64,000 nt of DNA, from assembly GCA_965644265.1 (NCBI GenBank), contig OZ286465.1, forward strand, positions 51,212,001 to 51,276,000, read 5' to 3'. This DNA is from Glycera tridactyla (Eukaryota). A program made the position numbers and the translations under genes. The stretch's first letter is position 1, and the number at the start of each line of letters is the position of its first letter. Positions 37,365-49,100 of the stretch are shown here, in pieces. Below the pieces are notes generated by a model. It did no database searches. It saw only the letters and a program-made list of their open reading frames with translations, and was not told the DNA's origin.

Positions 37365-38405
37365 TTAGCTCTCCTCCTCGCTCTCTTCGTCCGACATATC
37401 CTGTAGGGCTTGGCTCATGGCCTTGCTTAGGAGGACACTCAGCTTCTGTTTTTTTCTCTGTGGTCCTCCACCGCTTTTCTTTGCATTCTTTGGGTAGTCC
37501 TTTCGGGTCGAAGATTTCTGCTTCATGTCGGACGTCACTGTTGCAGTTTTTTCTGTTCGTGACGAGAGGAAGGGGGTGCGTCTGCCGTTCTTGATTTCGA
37601 CAGTGACCCCGCCTCCAAAATCCCGTGAGGTTCCCTCTCCTGCCTCATAATTTCTTCGGCGGGGATCCCTATTTTCCTGATTCCTCTTGGGGCAGGACTC
37701 GGTCTCCTGACTCTTTTTGTCTGTTAGGCTACGGTCCCTGGATCTCTGTCTTTCCCCCTTAGGTGGTGTCTTCTTGCCGGTGGGCTTCGGCTTTTGGACT
37801 TTGGATTTTTCCGGTGCATCTGCCATAGTCCGGGGATTATTTTTGATAATCTCCTGGGCCTGGCGATATACCAGTTTCCTCCATTCATTTGTTGCTCTGT
37901 TCCGACGTTTCCTTCGTTCCTCCACGAGTTTCTGAAGTTCCTCTTCGCTTAGTGGCTTGCGATAAGTGAGAGGAGCTGAATCATCAATCAGCGTGGGGTC
38001 TCTTCTCTCGGTGGTGTTTTCACGAAGATATTCTTCCCTTGTCACCTGGCTTTCTCTTAGGTTTTCTCGAAGACGTCGGAAATTTTCTTCTCTTCGTTCT
38101 GAGTTTCGGGCGACTTGTCGACGGATCATGTCCTTTGCTTCGTCGAAGGTATGCGGATTGGCCCTGAAATGATGTCTCACGTTTTGTAAGCTTGCACGTG
38201 AGTCTGTCTCGTCTAGGATCGCCTCCTCTCGTAGCCAATCCGTGACTGCTTTGAGTGTGTCCATCGCTTGGTTCTGTTTAAGCTTGAACAGCTTCTCCCG
38301 AATGGTGGCATTTTCAGGCAGCCAGGCAGGCCATCTTTCTAGCCCCAGTGCATAACGGGGGATCAGTTGTTGGCGGTGGAGGTCGCTTAGGTGGTTCGCA
38401 GCCAA
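37365..38405 (-). CDS. PLE upstream ORF (coiled-coil then basic/acidic tail); function unknown
   Basis: 346-codon open frame inside the element, ending 38 nt before the RT ATG. Heptad-like RRQVARNSERREENFRRLRENLRE and EEELQKLVEERRKRR. The true start is probably lost to an upstream TAA/frameshift. Confidence 0.6.
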   Translation of the reverse strand: MAANHLSDLHRQQLIPRYALGLERWPAWLPENATIREKLFKLKQNQAMDTLKAVTDWLREEAILDETDSRASLQNVRHHFRANPHTFDEAKDMIRRQVARNSERREENFRRLRENLRESQVTREEYLRENTTERRDPTLIDDSAPLTYRKPLSEEELQKLVEERRKRRNRATNEWRKLVYRQAQEIIKNNPRTMADAPEKSKVQKPKPTGKKTPPKGERQRSRDRSLTDKKSQETESCPKRNQENRDPRRRNYEAGEGTSRDFGGGVTVEIKNGRRTPFLSSRTEKTATVTSDMKQKSSTRKDYPKNAKKSGGGPQRKKQKLSVLLSKAMSQALQDMSDEESEEES

Positions 38406-38530
38406 TTTCTTAGCTTCACTGGCTGTCGTCTCTCTCCTACTTTAGCGTATACCTCTCGTTGCTCGCTCTGGTATGTCTACCTCCTTTGGCTCCAAATTCT
38501 GAAACACAGTAGAATAGCCTGCATCAAAAT

Positions 38531-39806
38531 TCAGTTTGAGATCAGAGTCACTAATGATTTAAGGATTTTAATATTCCTCAAACTTGTTGGGGAATGTAAA
38601 ATATCCTCCTCATTGGGTGTCTCATCATGGCCACTATGTTCCATCTCTGGGGGTTCCTCTCTATCTGCAAGGGCAAGTTCCTCAAGAGAGGTACTTAGCA
38701 CTTCTTCTGCAGATTTTATCCGAGTTGGCTCAGGTGGGGTGTTTTGATAAAACACCAGTTTGACATCTGCTGCTGTTTTTTTAGGCATGGTGTCCACTGG
38801 TCTATCACCTGATGGTTTCCTCTTTGTTTGGGGGGTCTGGATATGAGAGGTTCTTATCTTGGCTGGGGTGTCATTTAAATTGAACACCCCACTAAGACTT
38901 ATGCTATCTAGGGTGTCCATAGATGACATTCTACGAGATGGGGTGGCAACCATCCGTTGAGCAGATGATACCAGGGTCACCGTTGAGTCATTATCTGAGA
39001 TGTCAGTGTGGGAGTCATTGGGTATTTGGCCCAATGGGATTTCCTGACTGTCATCTTCATCTAGTGGTGTAGGCTTAAAGGTGCTGGTATTCTGGTCCAG
39101 ATCAGTCATATCTTGAGTACTTGCTGTTTTATTCCAGCTGAAAGTACTGTTTGATATTCTGTTCTGGTGCTTTAGATGTTTGTTCTTTCTTTTTCTGTGA
39201 CTTTTTGTCACCAGATTTGGATTCTTCTGGATGCGGGCCTAATGCATTGTTGTTAATGTTCAAGTCCATCCCAGGTCGTCGATAACTGAAGGACGGTTGC
39301 CATCCTTTAGTTATTTGTGCGTAGCTTGGGTAAAAGTGCATTTTTGTGTCTATTTTTGTTGATTTGGTGTTGCCGGCGAGTTCTGTGTTTTCACCAGTGC
39401 TCGCGCCACGTGACGCGTGTGCGTGTGCGTAACCGCCCAGAGCGCGCGCACACGCGTCAATCTTCACCTCATCTGTCAAAATCACACCAGAAATCACACT
39501 TCTATGATCGCAATTGGGCGACGATTGTAGGGCAGGGGGTTTAGGTTGTTTCCCTATAATCGTGCTGTCCCGTTTCGTATTTAGAGAGGGCTGGTGACTA
39601 TTTATGTGGGCACTGTGTGTGTTCACAACAAGTTCACGTCGCTCATTCTCCCGTTGATGTTTATTGATCAGACTCACCAAATTCGCTCTATCTGTTGGTT
39701 TTGTGCGAATATCTGGGTGGTTGTCCCTGTTCCGTTTGGATGGGGCACTATTACTACGGGCATGTAGAGCACTACGGCCTTCGATTGCTCCCCTACGGGT
39801 TGGCAA
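38531..39806 (-). pseudogene. Two overlapping open frames (39806-39129, 39211-38531), possibly the disrupted N-terminal part of the upstream ORF
   Basis: 225- and 226-codon frames on the element's sense strand, S/T/D/K-rich and disorder-like, with no recognisable domain. Confidence 0.35.
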
Positions 39807-39880
39807 TCGTTGCGAGTGTTCATTTTGCGCGTCCCTAGCGACCTTGCCCGTATTTTTGGGCGGTTGCGTTTGGGATATAG

Positions 39881-40024
39881 ACAGAACGACATGCGTATGT
39901 GATACGAGAGCTGGTATCGGGAGGCCGGCGGACGGGGCGCCTCGAGAGCGCGTAGCGCTCGAGAGGCGCTCCGCCGGCGGCCTCCCGATACCAGCTCGAG
40001 TGTCACATACGCATGTCGTTCTGT
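39881..40024. other. 144-nt GC-rich imperfect palindrome (long hairpin, 3-nt loop at 39952-39954)
   Basis: Arms acagaacgacatgcgtatgtga...gagcgc and gcgctc...tcacatacgcatgtcgttctgt are complementary apart from three small bubbles. Confidence 0.9.
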
Positions 40025-40444
40025 TTTTATCACATTATATCATCATTCAAACATTAGATAAGCGTTCAATCATTATAAATTAGCAATTTTGAAGTTTAAA
40101 AACATCTCAACCTATGTCTACTGGTGTTGTTTACGTCGTTGTTTTGATTCCGCCGACGACGGCGACGACGCATGCGCAGATAGCTATGATGGAATCTGAA
40201 TCCGTATCACCTGAGCCTGTGATACGGAATTATTTATCACATAGCCCTAAAAAGGCCACTTTTTTGCCAATATCACTATCTTAGCCATCATATCATGTGA
40301 TAAAAGTTTGGCTCCGGAAAGTCACTCAGATCCGAACTCAGATCAGTGACAGATCCATCATCCGTATTGGAAAGACTATTTTCATCCTCCATTTTCGATC
40401 AATCCGTGCCGTTTTGAATGAGTAGACGGCAAAAGTTATATTTC

Positions 40445-41107
40445 GTAGACGTGGCTAAGCGCGTCTGCTCCCGTCCAAGGTGAGACTCGGAATGACCGGT
40501 TGTTTACAACCGCCGTGAATGACGTCACACCGAGATGCGTCACTAGGTGTCACTAGGTGTCACTATAGTGACATCTGTGGGAACCAAGTGGATGCATTCC
40601 TTTGTGACATCACAGGAGTGGGATCTCCCTGCTAGGATCCCACTTCTGTTGTATCAATTACTGGATGCAGTGCTTTGATACCATCCCGAGTTTCGGCCAT
40701 ATGGGCCTCATCAGTCACCAAAAATTAATTTTGAAGAGAAGGGAGGTCTATAATTAGATTCCCTATTTCTTCGATGTGGGTGGTGGGTATCTCTTATGTT
40801 AGTATTTGAGAACCTGCCATTATAGAAGGAAATGTGATCATTTTCTCTTTGTTTCACTAAACCAAAGATTTGGCCAGTAGAAGATTGTTTATTTCTGGTA
40901 TGTAGTGTGCTGGGTGGTATAAAATTTCAGGGTTGAAATCTCATATCTCTCCATCACTGTTTCTTCGAAACATTCACGGCGGTTGGGAGGTTGGAAGCCC
41001 AGTCCCTGTTTAGAGGGACTGGGTCTCCTTAGGATATATATACACCAAGACAAGTAGTGCCATGATTCAGGGTCGCCATAAATAAGGAATTGGGTTGACG
41101 AGGCTAA
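40445..41107 (-). repeat. PLE pseudo-LTR (5' copy, 663 bp)
   Basis: Direct repeat of 33944-34614. Confidence 0.93.
40673..40723 (-). ncRNA. Type I hammerhead ribozyme candidate, second copy
   Basis: Identical to 34172-34222. Confidence 0.7.
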
Positions 41108-42474
41108 AAAAAAAATATATATATATACATATAAGTCCTGGAACAACTTCAAATAAAGAAATGCAATCTTAACTTTCACTGATAATGGTATCTCAACCGA
41201 AACCCTCTTTCCTAGGTGCTCCATGGTTGTCTCCTGTTAATGCTTCTTTTCCATTCAATTCAGTTCAATCAAACTTGATTTAGATTGACACTGAAACGTC
41301 CAGGATCTCAACATCGACACGGGACATCCTCCCCATTGCAATCACAGCAACAAACTCCAACTTCACGGCATGCCATGTATGGTATTGCCTGGAATCAACT
41401 TGAGGGCAAAGCTCCAACACAACGAGGTGGCACACCCATCGTAGATTTCCGCACATCAAAATATGTTGAGAGTTTCATCTACCATCGGTGAGGGGAGAGG
41501 AACCTGGGTTTTATCCCTCTTGAACGAATCATCTGCCATCACCGACTTCCCAGCAAATTCCCAATCGGGTACCAGCAGGCATGATGCATTACGAGTATCA
41601 AAACTGACACCAGGTCACCATGCCACTGGTCACAATTTTGACTTCATAATAATATAATAGGTCTCTTCCCACAGTCATCGTCAGCAAGTAATGAACCCCC
41701 CAAATTCACGAATGCCTTCAATAATACTCCTTCCACACCTCTCCACCACACATATGAATTGTTCAAGACGCACCTAAGATATCTCCTGCACGTGAATCCA
41801 GATTAGCTTAAAAGATATTGGAAACTTTGAAGAATGTATTTTAACATTCAATTAGATGGGTCACGATATTAGCAAGTCTATTCCATTTTGAATACCATAT
41901 ATTTCCAGACAATTGATATCGACAGTAATTTTTAATAACTAACAAATTATGTACTACTAACACCCAATTACGGTACACTGCAAACGTAGCTTCCTACTAC
42001 TAACAGTACCTATCGTTACAAAGTAAAGGTTATTGCATTCTATTCTATATCATCTCAGAATCCTTCGTCAAACCTGGTGCTACCGTTGGTTGCTGACATG
42101 ACTCAGTTCTAAAAAGCATTTTGCTTCCAGACCAGGTCGACTGCCAAGATGACTCCTCTCTCCTAATGAACTCTTCAATATCAGCTCATATTCATCATCG
42201 ACGTTTTTGGCTTTGCTCAAGGAGCCTGATCAGCTCTATAACATGCTCCTCCCTGTGGACTCCTGTTGTACCTCTTGGGCAACCATTCAAGACTAATGGA
42301 TGGATGGATGGATGAATAATAGATACTGAATCATTGCCAAATTTTCCATCAACGAATATATTGAAACATATGATCAGACAATCATTCTTCAAGCAGGCAT
42401 CAAACCTGGGCCACTCTGTTGAATTGCATGAGCTACGTGGGCTGAAAAAACATGAACCAAGTATATATTCTGAG

Positions 42475-42633
42475 GAATGAGATAATGCTTGAACTACCGG
42501 AATGTTGATTCTGACAATCGTCCCAGTTTTCAATATGTCATTGACAAACCGGAGCTGATCCTTAGAACATCATCGCCAATTCTACCACCGCCACCATGTT
42601 GGTCGCCCATATTCAGCTACATCCGAGGTTTGA
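42475..42633 (+). pseudogene. Decayed copy of the terminal exon of the MET-like kinase (flanking intron homology from ~42050)
   Basis: gaatgagataatgcttgaactaccggaatgttgattctgacaatcgtcccagttttcaatatgtcattgacaaaccggagctgatcct aligns to 12840-12930. It has a 1-nt insertion, W>R and C>Y changes and an internal deletion. 42180-42430 aligns to intron 12420-12740. Confidence 0.85.
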
Positions 42634-42974
42634 TAATATTCATGCTTCAGTGAATTGAGGGAACTTCATATAGGTCGTGGTTGGTTGCTTGGTTTACATT
42701 CATGAAACACGTTTTCATCACTATGTCAAAGCATACTTTCAATTCGTGAGGCTTGTATTCTCCAAGATATCTATCACCCGTATGGTCATCACCAACATCA
42801 TACAGAATACCATCGTCACTGCTTGAATCGTTTTGTGTATATTCAACCATCATATCCAGAAGATCATGAGTGACATTGGCATTGGGTCACCTCATCACCA
42901 CCTGGGGTCAGTGCCACAGCTGCCAGCCAGTTGCCCCAAGGTGTGGATTTAACGATGATGACCTTGTCTTCATC

Positions 42975-43840
42975 CCACCATACTGTACTATGTCCTTGTT
43001 ATGATACCACCATACTGTACTATGTCCTTGTCATCATACCACCATACTGTACTATGTCCTTGTTATCATACCACCATACTGTACTATGTCCTTGTCATCA
43101 TACCACCATACTGTACTATGTCCTTGTCATCATACCACCATACTGTACAATGTCCTCATCATCATACCACCATACTGTACTATGTCCTTGTCATCATACC
43201 AACATACTGTACTATGTCCTCGTCATCATACCACCATACTGTACTATGTCCTTGTTATCATACCACCATACTGTACTATGTCCTTGTCACCATACCACCA
43301 TACTGTACTATGTCCTTGTTATCATACCACCATACTGTACTATGTCCTTGTCATCATACCAACATACTGTACTATGTCCTTGGTATCATACCACCATACT
43401 GTACTATGTCCTTGTTATCATACCACCATACTGAAGTATGTCCTTGTCATCATACCACCATACTGTACTATGTCCTTGTCATCATACCACCATACTGTAC
43501 TATGTCCTTGTCATCATACCACCGTACTGTACTATGTCCTTGTCACCATACCACCATACTGTACTATGTCCTTGTTATCATACCACCATACTGTACTATG
43601 TCCTTGTTATCATACCACCATACTGTACTATGTCCTTGTCATCATACCACCATACTGTACTATGTCCTTGTCATCTTACCACCATACTGTACTATGTCCT
43701 CGTCATCATACCACACTACTGTACTATGTCCATGTTATCATACCACCATACTGTACTATGTTCTTGTTATCATACCACCATACTGTACTATGTCCTTGTT
43801 ATCATACCACCATACTGTACTATGTCCTTGTTATCATACC
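42975..43840. repeat. 32-bp minisatellite, ~27 copies (ccaccatactgtactatgtccttgtcatcata)
   Basis: Direct tandem periodicity. It explains the long repetitive ORFs in all + frames. Confidence 0.96.
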
Positions 43841-43841
43841 A

Positions 43842-46058
43842 TCATACTTGATGATCTTTGACATGCTCATCAGTTCTAACATCCTCTGCTGATGACATGT
43901 CACCTGACTGGTAGTCATCAAAGATTCTGACTTGCTGGCGCAGGCATACTGCTACTTTTGGTCCTGTTTTCACTGTTGTTTTAGCTGCCCATGGCTGCAG
44001 TTCACCACTTGCAAAAATACCATAAATCAGGGCACCGAATGCAAACACACCACCACATATCAGCCAAACACGAGCCCACTCTTCGCGACTACCCTGGAAG
44101 AAACACCAGTATTCAGATCATGTGGCTCCAAGAAACTCTACATGTTATTCATCATGGATCGGTCATACGAGTATCATTTCACTTAGCATAAAATCATAGA
44201 TTTCCTCATTGATCACCATCATTGCCATTGCTATCATCATGCATATCATCATTCACAGACACATTAACTTTGACATCATCACTGGGAGGGGGAGGTGGAT
44301 CAGTTGCAATATCAAGGATCTTGGCAAAGACAGTGGCAATAATTTTAACTGGTCCGAATACAGAGAGAGGTGACTTAGTTATTGATCCTTCTATCCGGTA
44401 GAATCTTTGATGTGATGGGTGTAGTATTGGCATGGTGATTGACATAGTCGTGGTGGTATTTCTGCTGTTGGGGATGTTAGTATTAATAGTGGAGGTGAAT
44501 TCCATGCTTGTTGTAGCAACAATAGTGACAGTGGAGAAAATGATGATGGTATTGGCAGTGGTTGCGACATTAGTGGTTGTCGTGATACTAACAGTGACTA
44601 GAATATTTTTGGTAGAGGTGGGAAGGAGGTCTTCTCGGTATCAGCCGTCATTGGATGTGGTGGTAGTGTATGTATCAGTCTTTAAGATGGTGTAAGTATC
44701 AGTGATGGTTCCAGCGGAAGGCAGTGACATTGCCAGAAATTGCCAAGGATTCTACAGACAGTCTCTTTTGGCATGATATGACATGCAGGGGGAACCAGAT
44801 CACCTTTCTGCATTTGTGTATGAGACATTCTTCGATTTGATATTGATGCCTCATACACAACAAACAATTAATAAAAAATGTAGGTCTCGTTGAAATTTAC
44901 ATATTCAGTCAGAGATAGACCACGATGGAATTGAGATGATCTACAGGAAAAATTATGGGTAGCACTATTTTCAGTAATTTGCTCTGTAAGGACTTGATCA
45001 AAGAGACTTATCTACTTACATCATGTGTGAGTGCCTTGACAACATAGGGACCAACGATGCCCGGTACAGTTGCTATCGTGTTGGTCATTCCAAACAGTAC
45101 ACCAGCGAATCTAGAAATAATCACATATGATGTGGGTGTTGAATGTCCAATCTATAATAGTATAGAGATATGACAGTTGCAGCAGACATTGCAGAGATGA
45201 AGGAGGCGATCACAATTATGATAATGACTACTTTCAACAGCATACAGGGATTGTTTACCTCTGCTACCAATGTTATGCTCGCTGGAGTAGCAGGGAGCGG
45301 GGTGCATAGATTGCCCCATTCAGCATGCAATCATTAATCAGTATTTCAATCATTCTTCTGGCAGTTATGATAAAAGCTTCATATGTTCACACCAAACACT
45401 CCAGACCATGGAACCTTCACGACATCACAATTGCATTCATCGATCATCTGTGGTATGATCTATTTGCTAGAAGGATGTATGATTCAATATGGTGTGACGT
45501 ATTTGAAGCTTTCTCATTCCAATAATTTTTGTCACCAGGAGAAGCTGTCTGGCTGGATCTGTTGGAAGTATATTATGTGTCATGAAGCCAAATCTATTGA
45601 CTTATTCATCACTGCCTTCCTTTGAAGTAGACCTCGTTTCTCAGTGAGAGTATGACATTCATATACCACCTCACTAGTCGATTCTGAGGCATATTTCTTT
45701 TTCGATCATAATCATTTTTCTTCAACCAATAGATCCATCATCTAATCAAATGATCCACCAACCAACCCTGGAACATCATTTATGCTAGTGGATTCAATTC
45801 AAAGGCTGTGCAGGTTTTTGCTCGGCTGGGTCCTATTACGATGGATCAGTCTGTCATTGAGGTGGAGGGGTCGAAATTTATGGATTCTCTCTGGACATAG
45901 TATAGTATGGCTGAGTAACTTTATCCATACTCGAAAAAACAAAGAGGGGTACATCTATGTACTATTAACAATTAGCTCACTTAGATGAGCTTTCTCATGC
46001 ATCGCCAGGTAGGTAACTTGAACATGAATATGAAACATAGATCGACAAGAAGTTATTT

Positions 46059-46143
<85 letters not shown>

Positions 46144-49100
46144 TCAATTCAATTTTCATTACAGAACCAAGCAGTATATTGATTATGTACAAGAGTGAAC
46201 AGGTGAAATATAACCTGCTGTAAGGGGCATGATACAGCTTCGACAGATAACATGCATTAGTGTGAATCCATGGTAGTTGCAGCATATAATGCAGAGCATG
46301 AATCTCAATAAGGTTGTTACATTGCTTCTACTTTTAGGTAGCAGCTCTGAGCTGCCATGGAATGAAATCATTGTTTGGGCACTATTTGAACTCTTTGATG
46401 GAGCATGTGTATCGCCACAAGTGTCTATCTGTCGTTAAACACTTGGTGACCCAAAGCGCTTATCATGACATGTGGTGAACAAAATGTTGACATTCTATTT
46501 GAAATAAATATGTTCGCCAACCTTGGTGCGATATCAATATGATTGACCAGGTAACCACCGCCACTTGCAGAAAAGCAACTCACAGAAAGACACATGAATA
46601 CCACTGCTAGGTAGCGCTGCTCACAATTGACGTATCCTGCAGCAATGATGAAAATAGCCTGGCCAAGGAAACCTTCAAAAATAAGTCAATGTCCTTATTT
46701 AAACAACTATATAAACTATAGTATTCTTCTTTTAAATTGAGTAGAATAGCACTCTCGCATGCGGCTGAAGCACAATATGTATGTGATCTGATGAGACTGC
46801 ATTGAACAGGAGAAAATGACAAAGTGCCCCTGTTCCAAGTTATATCAGCTTGCTTGTCATCGGACATCATTGAGAAATCCTTACCATGCATTCAACTCGG
46901 ATTATGGAGTTTTCACATTTGTATCAAATGTATCCGAGTTAGAGTGAGAAGTGCAGGCAAAACACAAACCGATCACAAAATTGGCCAGTCAACCAGACTG
47001 GAATTGTAGATAAGCTGTCCGGTTCAACAAGGGGATACAAAATTGAAATACTCGTCATAGATATGCATAGGGAGTGATCGCCAGCATCGTTGATAACAAA
47101 TGTCGAAACCAAATGATGGAATGCTGGGATCTCATTCTAAAGCCAGCCTGATATAGCTGCAGTGATGCACAGCCATGGGCCGGGTCTTCAAAACTGTTAT
47201 CGGCGATGCTTTATGCTTTGAGAGCACTCACTTCACCAGATCATATTCAATATTGAATGTTCGGATATTGACAGGTTTTCAGTTGAACATTACATGGACA
47301 ATATAATTGAGGATTCCCTCTTATTTGTTTCTTGTATGACAGTGTGAGTGGAGCAGATGGAACTGGTATACATTCAATCAACAGATCTATCACTACAGTA
47401 AGATGACGGACATATCTGCAGGTGCTCACTTGTGATTTGAAAAAGTTTGCGCACAGTGGTAGTGTTGAGTTTGGTGTGAGATCGGAGGAAGTCAGCCTGT
47501 TGGCCTGCAAAGATGGTAAACACCAGCTGCACAAGGTAGGGCAGGGCTGACAAAAACCCGTTCTGAAAAAAAAACAATACCACAGGCAAGCAGGAACAAT
47601 GGTAGAGAATATTATATTGATTGAACAACAAATAGACTTATGAACAGGTTCCTGGTCAACTTTCAATGTATGCAACCAAAGGTCACTAATAAAAAGAAAC
47701 ATCTCAACCACTCGACAAAGGCAAGAAGGACATGATAGATTCATGCATGCCCACCCGGATTCCAACACCACTCAAACGCTAAGACATCGGATAGAATTCA
47801 GCAGGATACATATAGACAATCATATATATATATATATATATATATGTTGTGACGAGGCAAAGGGGATGACGTCTGTATCGTTGTGCGACCGAAGGAAGCT
47901 ATATATATACATGAGACTGAGAATAAAGTTCATCAACGGGGTTGCATCATGGCGTCAAGCTGTGAGGTCATAATGTGTCTTATCTGGGTCTTATCTGACC
48001 CATGGTCTTATCTGACCCTTTATGCTGTGTTTCCTGAATTATGAGACTGAGGCATTATCGAGTTTCAGGGCCTCATCAGTTTCCACAAGGTATAATTGAT
48101 ATATTTGGAGGAAAGTCAATTGCGAGGAAACAGAATTCTCATGAACATTTTTCCACCTATTTTGATCCAATAATACAGAATGTAAGTATGTGATTGTTTT
48201 ATGGATCATTCACTCCCTGTGTTCCTGTTTCAAGTTTGCCAATAGGAAATAGCTCACAAGACAGGCCCATCTCGACATATGTAATGAATGATTGTGAATC
48301 TATATGATACCCGACTATGCAGCTGGTTTGAAACTGACACTAAGCCTAATAACAATGTTTCACATTTTCAAATGAGAAGGGTAGTTGTGGTTGTGTGTGT
48401 TGGGAGGAGGGGGGGGGGGACTTAGCCGGTTGAAATACCTGAGCTAGATCAAACTTGAGCACTTCTTTCATGTATGTTGGTTGGTTGGCAAACAGCATGT
48501 AGACTCCCCAGTTATCGCATGTGTGAGCTACCAATATAGCCCACACAGGACCCGACTTCAGGATGGACAGCCATGGTAATGATGTTTTCTACAACAATGA
48601 AGGTGGTGCCTGGCGAGGAAAGCATGATCATTACATACTTGAGACTTTCTCCATTCAATACAGATTAAATGTGACCGCGCACCATGGCTGCCCATAGTCA
48701 GAATTCATAGAACATAAGATTTGTTATGAGATATGTATCATGATCTGAATCAAGTATCGCTCTGTCGTATGGATGCCTCTGGATTCCCACACTTGCCAAA
48801 TTCCAAGTTGAATTTTCTTGCACACCAGTCATATTCGAGAGCTGGGCCAACTAGTCAGGCATGGGTGGAGCCAACTAGGCTGATACAGTATTTTTAGCCT
48901 CATCGTGAGTTACGGTAGGACATATAGGGATGTTAATCAAGTATACTTACATCAGTAGAAGTTGTGGTAACTGTACCACCGATGCTCTCTATGATGTATT
49001 TTTTCTCTGACTCAGTTATTCTTGGATGCTCGGATGGAGTATTGAACACCAAAACATACCATGCAATCAACCAGAGACCACTCAATCCTCCTGTCAGAAT

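Larger units (their letters stand above)
33944..41107 (-). mobile_element. Penelope-like retroelement (EN+, Neptune-like), ~7.2 kb, with two pseudo-LTRs
   Basis: PLE RT, a Cys-rich linker and C-terminal GIY-YIG, bounded by ~670-bp direct repeats and embedded in TA-rich sequence. Confidence 0.92.

Noticed and set aside
39881-40024. Hairpin as a SECIS element for the in-frame TGA
   Set aside because: The tandem GA is on the antisense strand, there is no AUGA or apical AA motif, and it lies 5' of the ORFs.
33901-41133. atatatatatatacatata on both sides of the PLE as a target-site duplication
   Set aside because: It lies within TA microsatellite and is not flush with the element ends, so it cannot be distinguished from slippage.
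42931-43892. Long His/Tyr/Cys/Thr repeat ORFs (up to 286 aa)
   Set aside because: A by-product of a stop-free 32-bp minisatellite that is open in all + frames; there is no start context or unique domain.
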